From NCBI GenBank assembly GCA_047602755.1, contig JBLKOM010000006.1, positions 77,561 through 141,560 of the forward strand: a stretch of DNA of 64,000 nt. Direction: 5' to 3'. This stretch comes from Candidatus Woesearchaeota archaeon (lineage in GTDB: Archaea > Nanobdellota > Nanobdellia > Woesearchaeales > JACJVV01). A program made the position numbers and the translations under genes. Of the stretch, positions 31,949 through 40,580 are shown piece after piece; positions within the stretch are counted from its first letter, which is position 1; every line of letters starts with the position of its first letter. Under the pieces are notes generated by a model. That model was given only the letters and a program-made list of their open reading frames with translations, was not told the DNA's origin and ran no database searches.

Positions 31949-32646
31949 TTTTTGAATACTATCATTTTATTTAATGTTAGCCAACAAGCTAGTGTTAAAA
32001 ATATAATAATAGAATTTAATGTTTCATAAATATAATATGCCTCATGTGTTGTACTAAAGATCTTAAAAAATAATAATATTATGTTTGATAATAGATAAGC
32101 GACTAAAACTATTAAAAAATTTGAACCAATAATTATTAACAATTTTTTTTTAATATCTTTAAAACCTTTCCATAAACTAAACCAGAATTTTTTATTGGTA
32201 TAAGGTTGATAATTTAGAAAAGATAAATAACCTAAAAGAAATAAGAAAACAACTAAACCAATTCTTAAATAAGGTTGAGAAGTTTCAATAAATACATTGT
32301 TAATAATCCAAGTAGGTAATACAGCAAGCAAAAAAAGAATAATAAATATCACTAAAAATGCAAGGCCATGTTTCCATAAAATAGTTATAAAAGATTTTTC
32401 TATATTAATAATTCGAAGAAAAAAATACTTTAAAATTGAATAAGCAAAAAAAATACCTAAAAAAATAATTATTGTGATATTAAAAGCTGAACTCATACTA
32501 ATTATTCTACTAGATGCAGATTCAGCAAAATTTCCTATTTGAAGTACTATTAACAAGAATATTATATCTAATCCATATGTAAAATAAAACTTTTTATCTT
32601 TGAAATTTTTAAATACAGTTAATAATTGTTTAAAATAAGTTATCAT
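31945..32646 (-). CDS. Multi-pass membrane protein
   Basis: 233 aa, about 6 TM; ATGA overlap with the DsbA-like gene. Confidence 0.7.
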   Translation of the reverse strand: MITYFKQLLTVFKNFKDKKFYFTYGLDIIFLLIVLQIGNFAESASSRIISMSSAFNITIIIFLGIFFAYSILKYFFLRIINIEKSFITILWKHGLAFLVIFIILFLLAVLPTWIINNVFIETSQPYLRIGLVVFLFLLGYLSFLNYQPYTNKKFWFSLWKGFKDIKKKLLIIIGSNFLIVLVAYLLSNIILLFFKIFSTTHEAYYIYETLNSIIIFLTLACWLTLNKMIVFKK

Positions 32647-32801
32647 ACAAATAAATTAGAATAAATGCTTTATAAATATTGTTAATAACGATGAAATCCT
32701 TATAAAATAAGAAAAATTTAATTTATTTCAAATTTAACTATTAAATAATAGACAAAAATACTTAAATAAAGACATTATAAAAACATTAAAAAGAGGTAAA
32801 T

Positions 32802-33509
32802 ATGAAAGATTCTACATTAAAAAAAATAAAAAAGCAACCAATAGTTATCGAGGGATTTCCTGGATTTGGACTTGTGAGTAGTATTGTTACTGAATTTTTA
32901 ATAAGTCATTTATCATGTGAAAAGATAGATGAACATTATTTTGATGAACTCCCAGCAAATATAGCAATTCATGAGGGAAAATTGGTTGAACCAATAGGAA
33001 TTTATTATAATGAAAGATTTAATGTTGTTATTATTCATTCAATCATTGCAGGAAATGGTATTGAATGGAAAGCTGCAGATTTTGTAATAGATTTGTGTAA
33101 TAAAGTAAAAGCAAAAGAATTAATTTCTATTGAAGGAGTAGGTAGTGGAGAGGAATCAAAAGGAAGAACCTTCTTTTTTACTACAGATAATAAAAAAAGT
33201 GAAGAATTAAAATTATTAGGGTTAAAACCTATGAAAGAAGGAATAATAATGGGTGTTACGTCTGCATTATTACTAAAAAAGAATTTACCAATGACATGCA
33301 TATTTGGAGAGGCAAATAGTGAAATCCCAGACAATAATGCTGCAGCAAAAATAGTTGAAATATTAGACGACATAATTGGGTTTAATGTTGATCCAAAACC
33401 ATTAAGACAAAGTGCAAAATTATTTGAAGAAAAATATAGAGCAATATTTGAACAAATGGGTAATGCTACCAAAGAAAAAGATAAAAAAACATTAAGCTAT
33501 GTAGGATAA
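32802..33509 (+). CDS. PAC2-family proteasome assembly chaperone
   Basis: IEGFPGFGLV, G.IMGV...LL, PD..AAA, C-terminal ..YVG. Confidence 0.9.
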   Translation: MKDSTLKKIKKQPIVIEGFPGFGLVSSIVTEFLISHLSCEKIDEHYFDELPANIAIHEGKLVEPIGIYYNERFNVVIIHSIIAGNGIEWKAADFVIDLCNKVKAKELISIEGVGSGEESKGRTFFFTTDNKKSEELKLLGLKPMKEGIIMGVTSALLLKKNLPMTCIFGEANSEIPDNNAAAKIVEILDDIIGFNVDPKPLRQSAKLFEEKYRAIFEQMGNATKEKDKKTLSYVG

Positions 33510-33595
33510 GACCAGTTTCTTTGTTTATAATAATATATACCTAACATACTAATTTCTTAACTAACTAATTAGATTAAGCATAAAAAAATATAAAT

Positions 33596-34188
33596 TCTCA
33601 CTTTTTGGAATAATCACCTTATTTTAATTAAAAAAAACACAAAATATACAAAAAAGTATACTGATTTAATGGTGCCTAAATTTCAAGACATAATAATCTA
33701 GTAAACATATACATAAATAGCTAAATTATTGATATAAATGTCTCACTTTTATCATTATTTTTCTTGGATCATTCCAATAATTACAGAAAAATAAGGTATT
33801 ATTACGCTTATAACTAAAAATATATTGAAATATTTATAGTTTGAATAGGATAATTAAAAAATACGCCAGTTTTTAATAAAAAGGCCAGATTATTTTAGTA
33901 AATACGATATCTAAATAAAAACCGAAATATATATTGATTAAAATGGATTAGTTGTTAAAGATAAATTTGAAAATTCTAGCTAATACTAGTATCATTCTAA
34001 CTAATAGTATGTGATTTTCGCAGAATATTATTTAGTATTTTATTTCTTTCACTTTATTGACTTATATTCAAATAATATAACTATTTATTTTCAATATTTA
34101 AATTAAAGAGCATGTCAAATCAGAAAAAAATAACCCCAAAAAATACTAATTCTAAATGCTATTATCCCAGAATATAACTCTCACTTTT
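33596..34188 (-). repeat. AAAAGTGAGA motif copies on the minus strand
   Basis: TCTCACTTTT at 33596, 33741 and 34179, within an ~890-bp non-coding tract. Confidence 0.75.
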
Positions 34189-34400
34189 AGCAAAAACAAA
34201 TTATATTCAAATATTTATTTTAAATATTTAAAAATATTATCAAAAATATGTTTTATAAGATATAAGATTCAAAAATTATAAAATAATATGTATTTTAGAT
34301 AAATTATAAATTATTATTATTTATAAGATGATATCATTTAAATAAATATATATTGAATAACATAAATATTTATATATTTAACCATTTAATAATAGTTAAA

Positions 34401-34847
34401 ATGACTGAAAAATTAGATGATAAAATTCAAGAAACAAAGCATAAATACCACATTATTGCCGTCGATGATGAGCCTGCTATGAGAAATCTCATTGAAAAAG
34501 TACTTGATAGAAGTCAAAACTTTACTGTTTATATGTGTGCAACAGGTAAAGAAGTGTTAGAACGATTAGAAGATTTAGCAGTTAATGAAGGACTTTCAAC
34601 CCATTATCATGCATTATTAACAGATTTAAATATGCCTGAAATGAATGGTGTTGAACTTGCAAGACAAGTAAAAAAACTAACTCCAAATATGCCAATATAC
34701 GCTTTTAGTGGAGGATTTGGTGGACAAATTCCTGATGATTTATTCAATGGGAATATTAAAAAACCAGTATCACCTTCTGAACTAAAATCAACATTAAAAA
34801 CCTATCTTGATCAAGTTTATGCAAGCCAAAGGACTCATCAAGATTAA
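34401..34847 (+). CDS. Stand-alone response-regulator receiver (CheY-like)
   Basis: AVDDE, LTDLNMPEMNG, FSG, KKP; ATG at 34401. Confidence 0.9.
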   Translation: MTEKLDDKIQETKHKYHIIAVDDEPAMRNLIEKVLDRSQNFTVYMCATGKEVLERLEDLAVNEGLSTHYHALLTDLNMPEMNGVELARQVKKLTPNMPIYAFSGGFGGQIPDDLFNGNIKKPVSPSELKSTLKTYLDQVYASQRTHQD

Positions 34848-35298
34848 GTAAAACTATTCAAAACCGAAAAAATTAGCCTTTCATTTATAAAGGAAGCTTA
34901 TAAATAGCTTAAATTTCTTCTTTTTTTTATGTTGATGAAGTTTGATACCTAAAAAAAACTTAAAGTTTTCATTTTGGGCTTAATTTTAGCCAGGATTGCA
35001 ATAAAATCCCGACAAAAATCACGAACTATCAAAAATAAAAATTATCAAAAATTGATACTTTCTTGAGAAATCCCGTATATGTCGCTATAATCCCCTCTTA
35101 AATGGATTTATTCCGACAAATAAGGTTAAGGTACTTTTCACCAATAAGCCCCATTCAACAACAAAATCTACAAAAAGAACTAAAAAAGTGATAATTAGGG
35201 GATTATCCAGTACACATTTGATAAAGTGTAAAAAACCTAAAAAAAACGAGAAAATATTGTTTTTATTGTTTCAAAACCAAGCATTATGATCTGAAATA

Positions 35299-35487
35299 CT
35301 AACATAAAATAACACCTTCTTCAAGTACACGAAACATCTCAGAACGCTTGTTTTTAACAAAATCTGCCTTACAAGAATCACAGTTGTAAACTTTGATTTG
35401 TCTATGCCGTGAAACTTGAACTTTGCTAGGACTTATTTTTTGTCCGCAAGATGGACAAGGTATTTTTTCACTTAGGAAATCGAACAT
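35299..35487 (-). CDS. Small Zn-ribbon protein
   Basis: CPSC...CDSC, 62 aa, GAGGTGA SD. Confidence 0.8.
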   Translation of the reverse strand: MFDFLSEKIPCPSCGQKISPSKVQVSRHRQIKVYNCDSCKADFVKNKRSEMFRVLEEGVILC

Positions 35488-35547
35488 TTTTTCACCTCTT
35501 AGCTACTCTCATGCTGAGGTTTCATCACTAAATTTACTTCATTAAAT

Positions 35548-36072
35548 TTATTCATCATCTTTGTCTAAATTTGAATCTGTTGAGTTACTTTGATTAGTAT
35601 TTTCTAAGTTATCATCTGATCTTAATTTATCCTTTTTTAACTCATTTTGGAACTTGTGAACAATATCAAGTGTGGTACTTAAATGATTTTGAATAGTGTA
35701 TTCGGCCTTTTTAAAAGCTGATTCCATATTTGAACCGTTTAGTTCATATCCTGTAATTATTCTTCCGTCGCTAACAAAAGATGTTTTTTTAAGGAAATTT
35801 AATACCAACCAGCGGTTTAAATGGTCATACATTGTTTGTCTTTTAATACCTGCTTGTAAACCCATTTCTTCTACTGTCATAACTGCTAACTCAGGTTTTC
35901 TATCACGATTTGCCAATTTTTTGCGTTCATAAAGTTCAATTAAAAGCTTATGAAATTTGGCTAGAGCATCCTTTTTTCTAGGCACTATGCCAAGTCTTGC
36001 AAGTATTATTTTTGCCAATTCCTCTGAAGAGGCACTATCTACTGGTTCTACTAAATCCAGTTCAATCTTCAT
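35548..36072 (-). CDS. Putative winged-helix DNA-binding protein
   Basis: MTVEEMGLQAGIKRQTMYDHLNRW HTH followed by a beta-hairpin wing (LKKTSF...TGYEL). Confidence 0.75.
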   Translation of the reverse strand: MKIELDLVEPVDSASSEELAKIILARLGIVPRKKDALAKFHKLLIELYERKKLANRDRKPELAVMTVEEMGLQAGIKRQTMYDHLNRWLVLNFLKKTSFVSDGRIITGYELNGSNMESAFKKAEYTIQNHLSTTLDIVHKFQNELKKDKLRSDDNLENTNQSNSTDSNLDKDDE

Positions 36073-36143
36073 AAGTTTTGAGTATATTAGTATACATATT
36101 TATATATTTTTTGGTCGTTATCCCCTAAAAAGAAAGTAAGAAA

Positions 36144-36680
36144 TCATAAATTTAGAACATTTTGCTTCATCTGAATATCTCTGAATTTAGAATCTAACCG
36201 AATGAAAATAGATTGATCAAGATAGTTTTTTACAATAGGAACTCCTTTTTCAATTAAAGAAATCACATATTCTCTAACTAATGTGGTCGACATTTTTAAA
36301 ACTTCAGAAAGTAAAAAATATGTAATTTTAGCATTTTCAATATCAAGCTCATAGATTACTCGAAATACTTTTTTTTCCTCATCTGTTAAGGGCAGAACAG
36401 AAAAAGATTCTTGTTCTTCATCGTCTAAAAAATAGATATTTTGAGATTTGTACTGCTTGATAAATCGATGGATATCAGTAAGAACACTTTCAATTTTATC
36501 AATTCTAGTTTCCAATTTTAGCAATAACTCGTAATTACTTTGAATCTCGCTAGTATTTTCATTTATTGCATCTAAATGGTCTTCAAATTCTTTTTTTACC
36601 TTAGAAAAAGCTTTTCTTGTCTCTTTTTCAATTTTATCTAGCTTTCTAGATTCTATAAATGATTTTAAAAGCTTATCCAA
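36144..36680 (-). CDS. Coiled-coil protein with a C-terminal winged helix
   Basis: Heptad N-terminus; LTDEEKKVFRVIY...ITY..LSE.L.MS.TLVREYV.SLIEKGVPI; TTG start with GGGGG SD. Confidence 0.75.
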   Translation of the reverse strand: MDKLLKSFIESRKLDKIEKETRKAFSKVKKEFEDHLDAINENTSEIQSNYELLLKLETRIDKIESVLTDIHRFIKQYKSQNIYFLDDEEQESFSVLPLTDEEKKVFRVIYELDIENAKITYFLLSEVLKMSTTLVREYVISLIEKGVPIVKNYLDQSIFIRLDSKFRDIQMKQNVLNL

Positions 36681-36778
36681 TGTTTAATCCCCCACTAGAC
36701 CTATAAGCTAAGCATTTAAATGAATATTGGTTGAAGAAAGTATAGCATAAAATAATTTGATTGATTCATCTAGAAATA

Positions 36779-37741
36779 TTATCTTGGATGTACGGCATTA
36801 TCTAAAGCATAAAAATAATGCTTTTCTTTTCCCTCATGCAGCACATGTATTCCTTCTTCTTCTTCAATCTCAGTTAAAATACGATAAAATGAAGATTTTG
36901 AAACAATCCCTTGGTCCTCGACAACAATCTCTCTTAAATCCAATCCTGAAATTTTTTGATGTTTCTTAATTAACGACATTAACATACTTTTTACGTATTC
37001 CTTTGAATGCCTAGTCACTTTTTTGAATATACGTTCCTTAAGATTTTGCTTTGGAGATGTTTTATCTTGAAGAGTATTTAGATTAGTTTTAAGCTCTGAA
37101 ATCTGATTATTGAGATCAGAAAGCTGTTGAAATACAGCTGGTGTTTGTATAGTAACTTCTGGTAAAGTTTGAATAGGTTGAAGTTGAGAAATTGCAGGAT
37201 TTTTAGGTAGACTAGATATAATTTCTTCTTTTAACTCAACTCTTAAATCATCTCGTAAATCATGCCTTAAATCATATCTTAAATCCTGCCTTAAATCACG
37301 TCTGATATCCTGCTTAAAATCATGCATTTTTAGCTTGATTTCTTGCTCCATTTCATTACGATTAGGTATTGTCTTGGAAAATTCCTCTAAGCGTTGAAAA
37401 ATACTCTTTTGATTTGAATATAAAGCACCTATATGCTCATTAAACTCACTACGCATTGAAACTAATGATTTATTTATAGTTTCAATATTAGCATAATATT
37501 CGTCGACAAAATGCTTTATTTCTTGCTTTGTTAAAATATCACTTAAACGATGATTAACAAGCACTAAATTAGCATTAATCTTGTCCTGACCATGATGAAG
37601 ATAATTGACCCATTGCTTTAGATGTGTTACGTCGTCTTTAACATTTTTAAATGAATCTTGTAAAGAATTATCTAATTTTTCTAGCCTTACTTCTACCTTG
37701 TTATTGATCTTTTCTTGAGATTTCCATTTTGAAAAAAACAT
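36779..37741 (-). CDS. Long coiled-coil protein with a C-terminal winged helix
   Basis: Coiled-coil body, DLRx tetrad repeats, ISGLDLREIVV.DQG.VSKSSFYRILTEIE; likely start MFFSKW at 37741, about 25 nt after a TTTATAAA box. Confidence 0.75.
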   Translation of the reverse strand: MFFSKWKSQEKINNKVEVRLEKLDNSLQDSFKNVKDDVTHLKQWVNYLHHGQDKINANLVLVNHRLSDILTKQEIKHFVDEYYANIETINKSLVSMRSEFNEHIGALYSNQKSIFQRLEEFSKTIPNRNEMEQEIKLKMHDFKQDIRRDLRQDLRYDLRHDLRDDLRVELKEEIISSLPKNPAISQLQPIQTLPEVTIQTPAVFQQLSDLNNQISELKTNLNTLQDKTSPKQNLKERIFKKVTRHSKEYVKSMLMSLIKKHQKISGLDLREIVVEDQGIVSKSSFYRILTEIEEEEGIHVLHEGKEKHYFYALDNAVHPR

Positions 37742-37805
37742 AGCTGTAATTTGATCGTATTTATTTATAAAAATTATTGTTCTGAGGGACAATAATAGGA
37801 CTGTT

Positions 37806-37912
37806 TTGGGAATGAAATGGGAATGAAAAAATAATTTTATCGACTATAAAATAGTCTCATTCCCAAAAAATAAGACTATTCTGGGAATATATTGGGAATG
37901 AGTTAGGAATGA
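37806..37912 (+). repeat. Cluster of T(G/A)GGAATGA motifs, left border of the intergenic tract
   Basis: Copies near 37806, 37818, 37892 and 37903, a variant at 37881, and one inverted copy at ~37855. Confidence 0.85.
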
Positions 37913-38167
37913 AGCAAAAAGATAGGCATATTTTGATAAAAAAAAGCATGCAAATTGAAGTAAAAGTAACAAAGAAATTGAAGCAAAAAATAGAAGAATA
38001 TTACTTAATAACAATATTTTTAGGCACCATGGAAATAACCTAAAATTATGCTTAAAATAGATCATAATAAGCATTTAATAATTATGCAAATGTATAATAT
38101 AGCAAAAAGTGAGCAAAAACAAAGAAAAAATAACCAAAATAAAGCAAAAAACCACTAAAAATGGTAA

Positions 38168-38356
38168 AAAGTGAGAGTTATATTCTGGATAAATCCCCTA
38201 AAATAATCAAAAAATGGTAAAAAGTGAGAGTTATAATATGCTAAAATCCCGAAAAGAGTAGAAAAAGTATTGAAAGTGAGAATTAGTTAGGTTATAATCC
38301 CCTAAAATAAGCAGTAAAAAGCAATAAGTGAGATATTATTATGGGTTAATCCCCTA
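38168..38356 (+). repeat. Four 52-53-bp direct repeats: AAGTGAGA followed by AATCCC(CTA)
   Basis: Units start at 38168, 38221, 38273 and 38325; AATCCC lies 23-24 nt into each unit. Confidence 0.85.
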
Positions 38357-38542
38357 TTTTTAGTTATAGTTAATAAAAATAGAGAAAAATAGCAGATTTC
38401 TGATTATTTAATGTAAAATATCCTTAAAAACAGCCTAATTGTATTAATGAATGCTTAATATTACATAAAGTCTAATTTCTAAAATTAATCCAAATACTAC
38501 CTTAATTAATTTTAAAAATCACCAATTGTAATAATCCTATTA

Positions 38543-38590
38543 TCATTCCTAACTTCATTCCTAACTTCATTCCCAACTTCATTCCCAACT
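38543..38590 (-). repeat. Four 12-bp tandem repeats TCATTCC(T/C)AACT (inverted GGGAATGA), right border of the tract
   Basis: Units at 38543, 38555, 38567 and 38579. Confidence 0.95.
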
Positions 38591-38768
38591 ATAAATAGGA
38601 CTATTTGTCGACGATGAATTGATTTATTGTGGGAATGAGAATGAATTCAATATAAAAAATATAGCAAAAAATTTAACAAGGAAAACTTAATAAAAACTGT
38701 ATGAATTAATAATAAATATTTAATCAAAAAAGTAATAAAGAATAAAGTATTTTACCGACTTATCTAAT

Positions 38769-39413
38769 ATGGCAACAAAAAAATCTTTAGCAGTTAGCTT
38801 ATCAAAACTAAATACAATTAAAGGAACAAGCTTGAGATTAGAGCAATATCAAACTGATTCTGAACTTGCGGCTACGCTATTATGGCAAGCTAATATGTGT
38901 GGTGATATCGATAGTTCATTTATATATGATTTAGGATGCGGTAACGGAATATTTGGTATAGGGGCACTTTTACTTGGTGCTGAGCATACCATCTTTGTAG
39001 ATGTAGATCCCAACGCAATTCAAATATTAAATAAAAATCTAAATTTAACAGGATTTATTGATAAATCAACTGTAATTAATAAAAATATATCATTACTTGA
39101 ATTTGAAGTAAACCAAGAAAAAAGAAGGAAAAAAAATGTAGTAATAATGAACCCGCCTTTTGGGACTCATGATAAGAATGCTGATAAATTATTTCTTGTT
39201 AATTCATTTAAATTTGCTGATGTTATTTATAGTATTCATTATGGGGACTCAAGAGGATTTTTAGAGGCTATAGTAAAAGATTATAATTTTAAAATAACAT
39301 GGATTGAGTCTAATAAGTTTATCATTTCAAAAAGTAATATTAATCATAAAAAAAACAAGCATGAAGTAGATATAGTTCTAGTAAGAATTGAGAAATGTGC
39401 ATCTTTAGAATAA
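38769..39413 (+). CDS. METTL5-family (rRNA m6A-type) methyltransferase
   Basis: LEQY.T...AA..L, DLGCGNG, MNPPFG, YSIH. Confidence 0.9.
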   Translation: MATKKSLAVSLSKLNTIKGTSLRLEQYQTDSELAATLLWQANMCGDIDSSFIYDLGCGNGIFGIGALLLGAEHTIFVDVDPNAIQILNKNLNLTGFIDKSTVINKNISLLEFEVNQEKRRKKNVVIMNPPFGTHDKNADKLFLVNSFKFADVIYSIHYGDSRGFLEAIVKDYNFKITWIESNKFIISKSNINHKKNKHEVDIVLVRIEKCASLE

Positions 39414-39465
39414 GAATAAAGAGATTTGAGAAACATTTTTAAATATATCAAGATTTGTCAGCGAC

Positions 39466-39744
39466 ATGGAAATAGAAATTCTAGAAGAAAGCAAAAATAA
39501 GATTCATTTTAAGATAAAAGGAGAAGATCACACAATACTGAATCTTCTAAAAGAAGAATTGTGGAATGATAAAAATGTTAAAATAGCAGCGTATAGAATG
39601 GATCACCCTTTAATAGGAATTCCTGAGATGACTGTTGAAGTAACACAAGGTAATGAGGCTAAAAAAGCTATAATTGATGCTGTAAAAAGACTTGACAAAA
39701 AGCTAGATAAAGTTAAGGATGAGTTTAAATCAGCACTTAAATAG
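39466..39744 (+). CDS. rpoL: DNA-directed RNA polymerase subunit L (Rpo11)
   Basis: GEDHT..N.L..EL...V..AAY..DHPL. Confidence 0.95.
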   Translation: MEIEILEESKNKIHFKIKGEDHTILNLLKEELWNDKNVKIAAYRMDHPLIGIPEMTVEVTQGNEAKKAIIDAVKRLDKKLDKVKDEFKSALK

Positions 39745-39865
39745 TTGCAATTAGTATTCTTATTAGTATATTAGTTTCTTTATATATATAAAGCGTTAGA
39801 TTTATATATTTCCTAGTGCCTAAAAATAAATTGAATAGTATTGGATAATTATAGATAATTATAAA

Positions 39866-40417
39866 ATGGCATTTATAAGAAAAAAAAAGATTAACGGAAA
39901 AGAATATGCATATTTAGTTAAAAATAAGTGGACTGATAAAGGAAGCAGACAAAAAGCTAAATATCTTGGAAAAATAATACATTTAGATATTATTGATACG
40001 ACTATTAATTTTCGTGATATGATTTTACGAAAGTATAATTTACAAATAGATGAATTTTTTAAAAAAAATTCTAAAGCTGATATAACTAATGAAATTATAT
40101 ATTATGAATTAATACGAAGAGGTTTTGATTGGGAAAAAATAGAAATCAATCAGGAAAAACGAAATCTTTTAGCAAATCAAAAGTATTATTACAAAGCAAG
40201 AAATGTTTATAGCAAAAAGAATCATAGAGAAGCTATAATTGAAATAAATGAAGGTTTTTTATGCAAAATAACATTAGACAAATTAACAAGAACAAAAATA
40301 ACAGGTTATGATGAAAGAGAGAAAGGAATACAACTTGCAAAATTACTTTTAGAATCAGGACTTAAAATTGATAGAGATTTATTTGTAACTATGTATGAAA
40401 GATGGGTTGATGATTGA
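39866..40417 (+). CDS. Hypothetical basic protein
   Basis: 183 aa; N-terminus FIRKKKINGKEYAYLV...RQK.KYLG resembles a transposase N-terminal beta domain, but no catalytic domain is seen. Confidence 0.75.
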   Translation: MAFIRKKKINGKEYAYLVKNKWTDKGSRQKAKYLGKIIHLDIIDTTINFRDMILRKYNLQIDEFFKKNSKADITNEIIYYELIRRGFDWEKIEINQEKRNLLANQKYYYKARNVYSKKNHREAIIEINEGFLCKITLDKLTRTKITGYDEREKGIQLAKLLLESGLKIDRDLFVTMYERWVDD

Positions 40418-40452
40418 TTTATTCTACTGAGATTTAAATTATTACAAACATA

Positions 40453-40533
40453 TGTAAAAAGTCTGCTTGCGCTGCATAATTGTATTTTTTCTCAAAAAAT
40501 ATAGCATCTCACTGGGCAAAGTGCACTTTTTAC
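40453..40533. repeat. ~80-bp structured palindromic element, copy 1
   Basis: GTAAAAAGT...ACTTTTTAC termini and an inner hairpin; homologous to 56368-56447. Confidence 0.85.
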
Positions 40534-40580
40534 TCATTTATAAACACAAAATTAATAAACCTAACAAACAATAAATCCAG

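Noticed and set aside
37844..38074. 76-aa minus-strand ORF in the repeat tract
   Set aside because: Phe/Leu-rich translation of an A-rich non-coding strand that overlaps the repeat motifs
38168..38590. CRISPR array in the 52-bp and 12-bp repeats
   Set aside because: Conserved boxes are only 6-12 bp, there is no 25-40-bp constant repeat, and no cas genes
37742..38768. Canonical Orc1/Cdc6 origin with ORB elements
   Set aside because: No convincing TCCA..GAAA plus G-string ORB and no orc1/cdc6 gene; only a non-canonical origin is proposed
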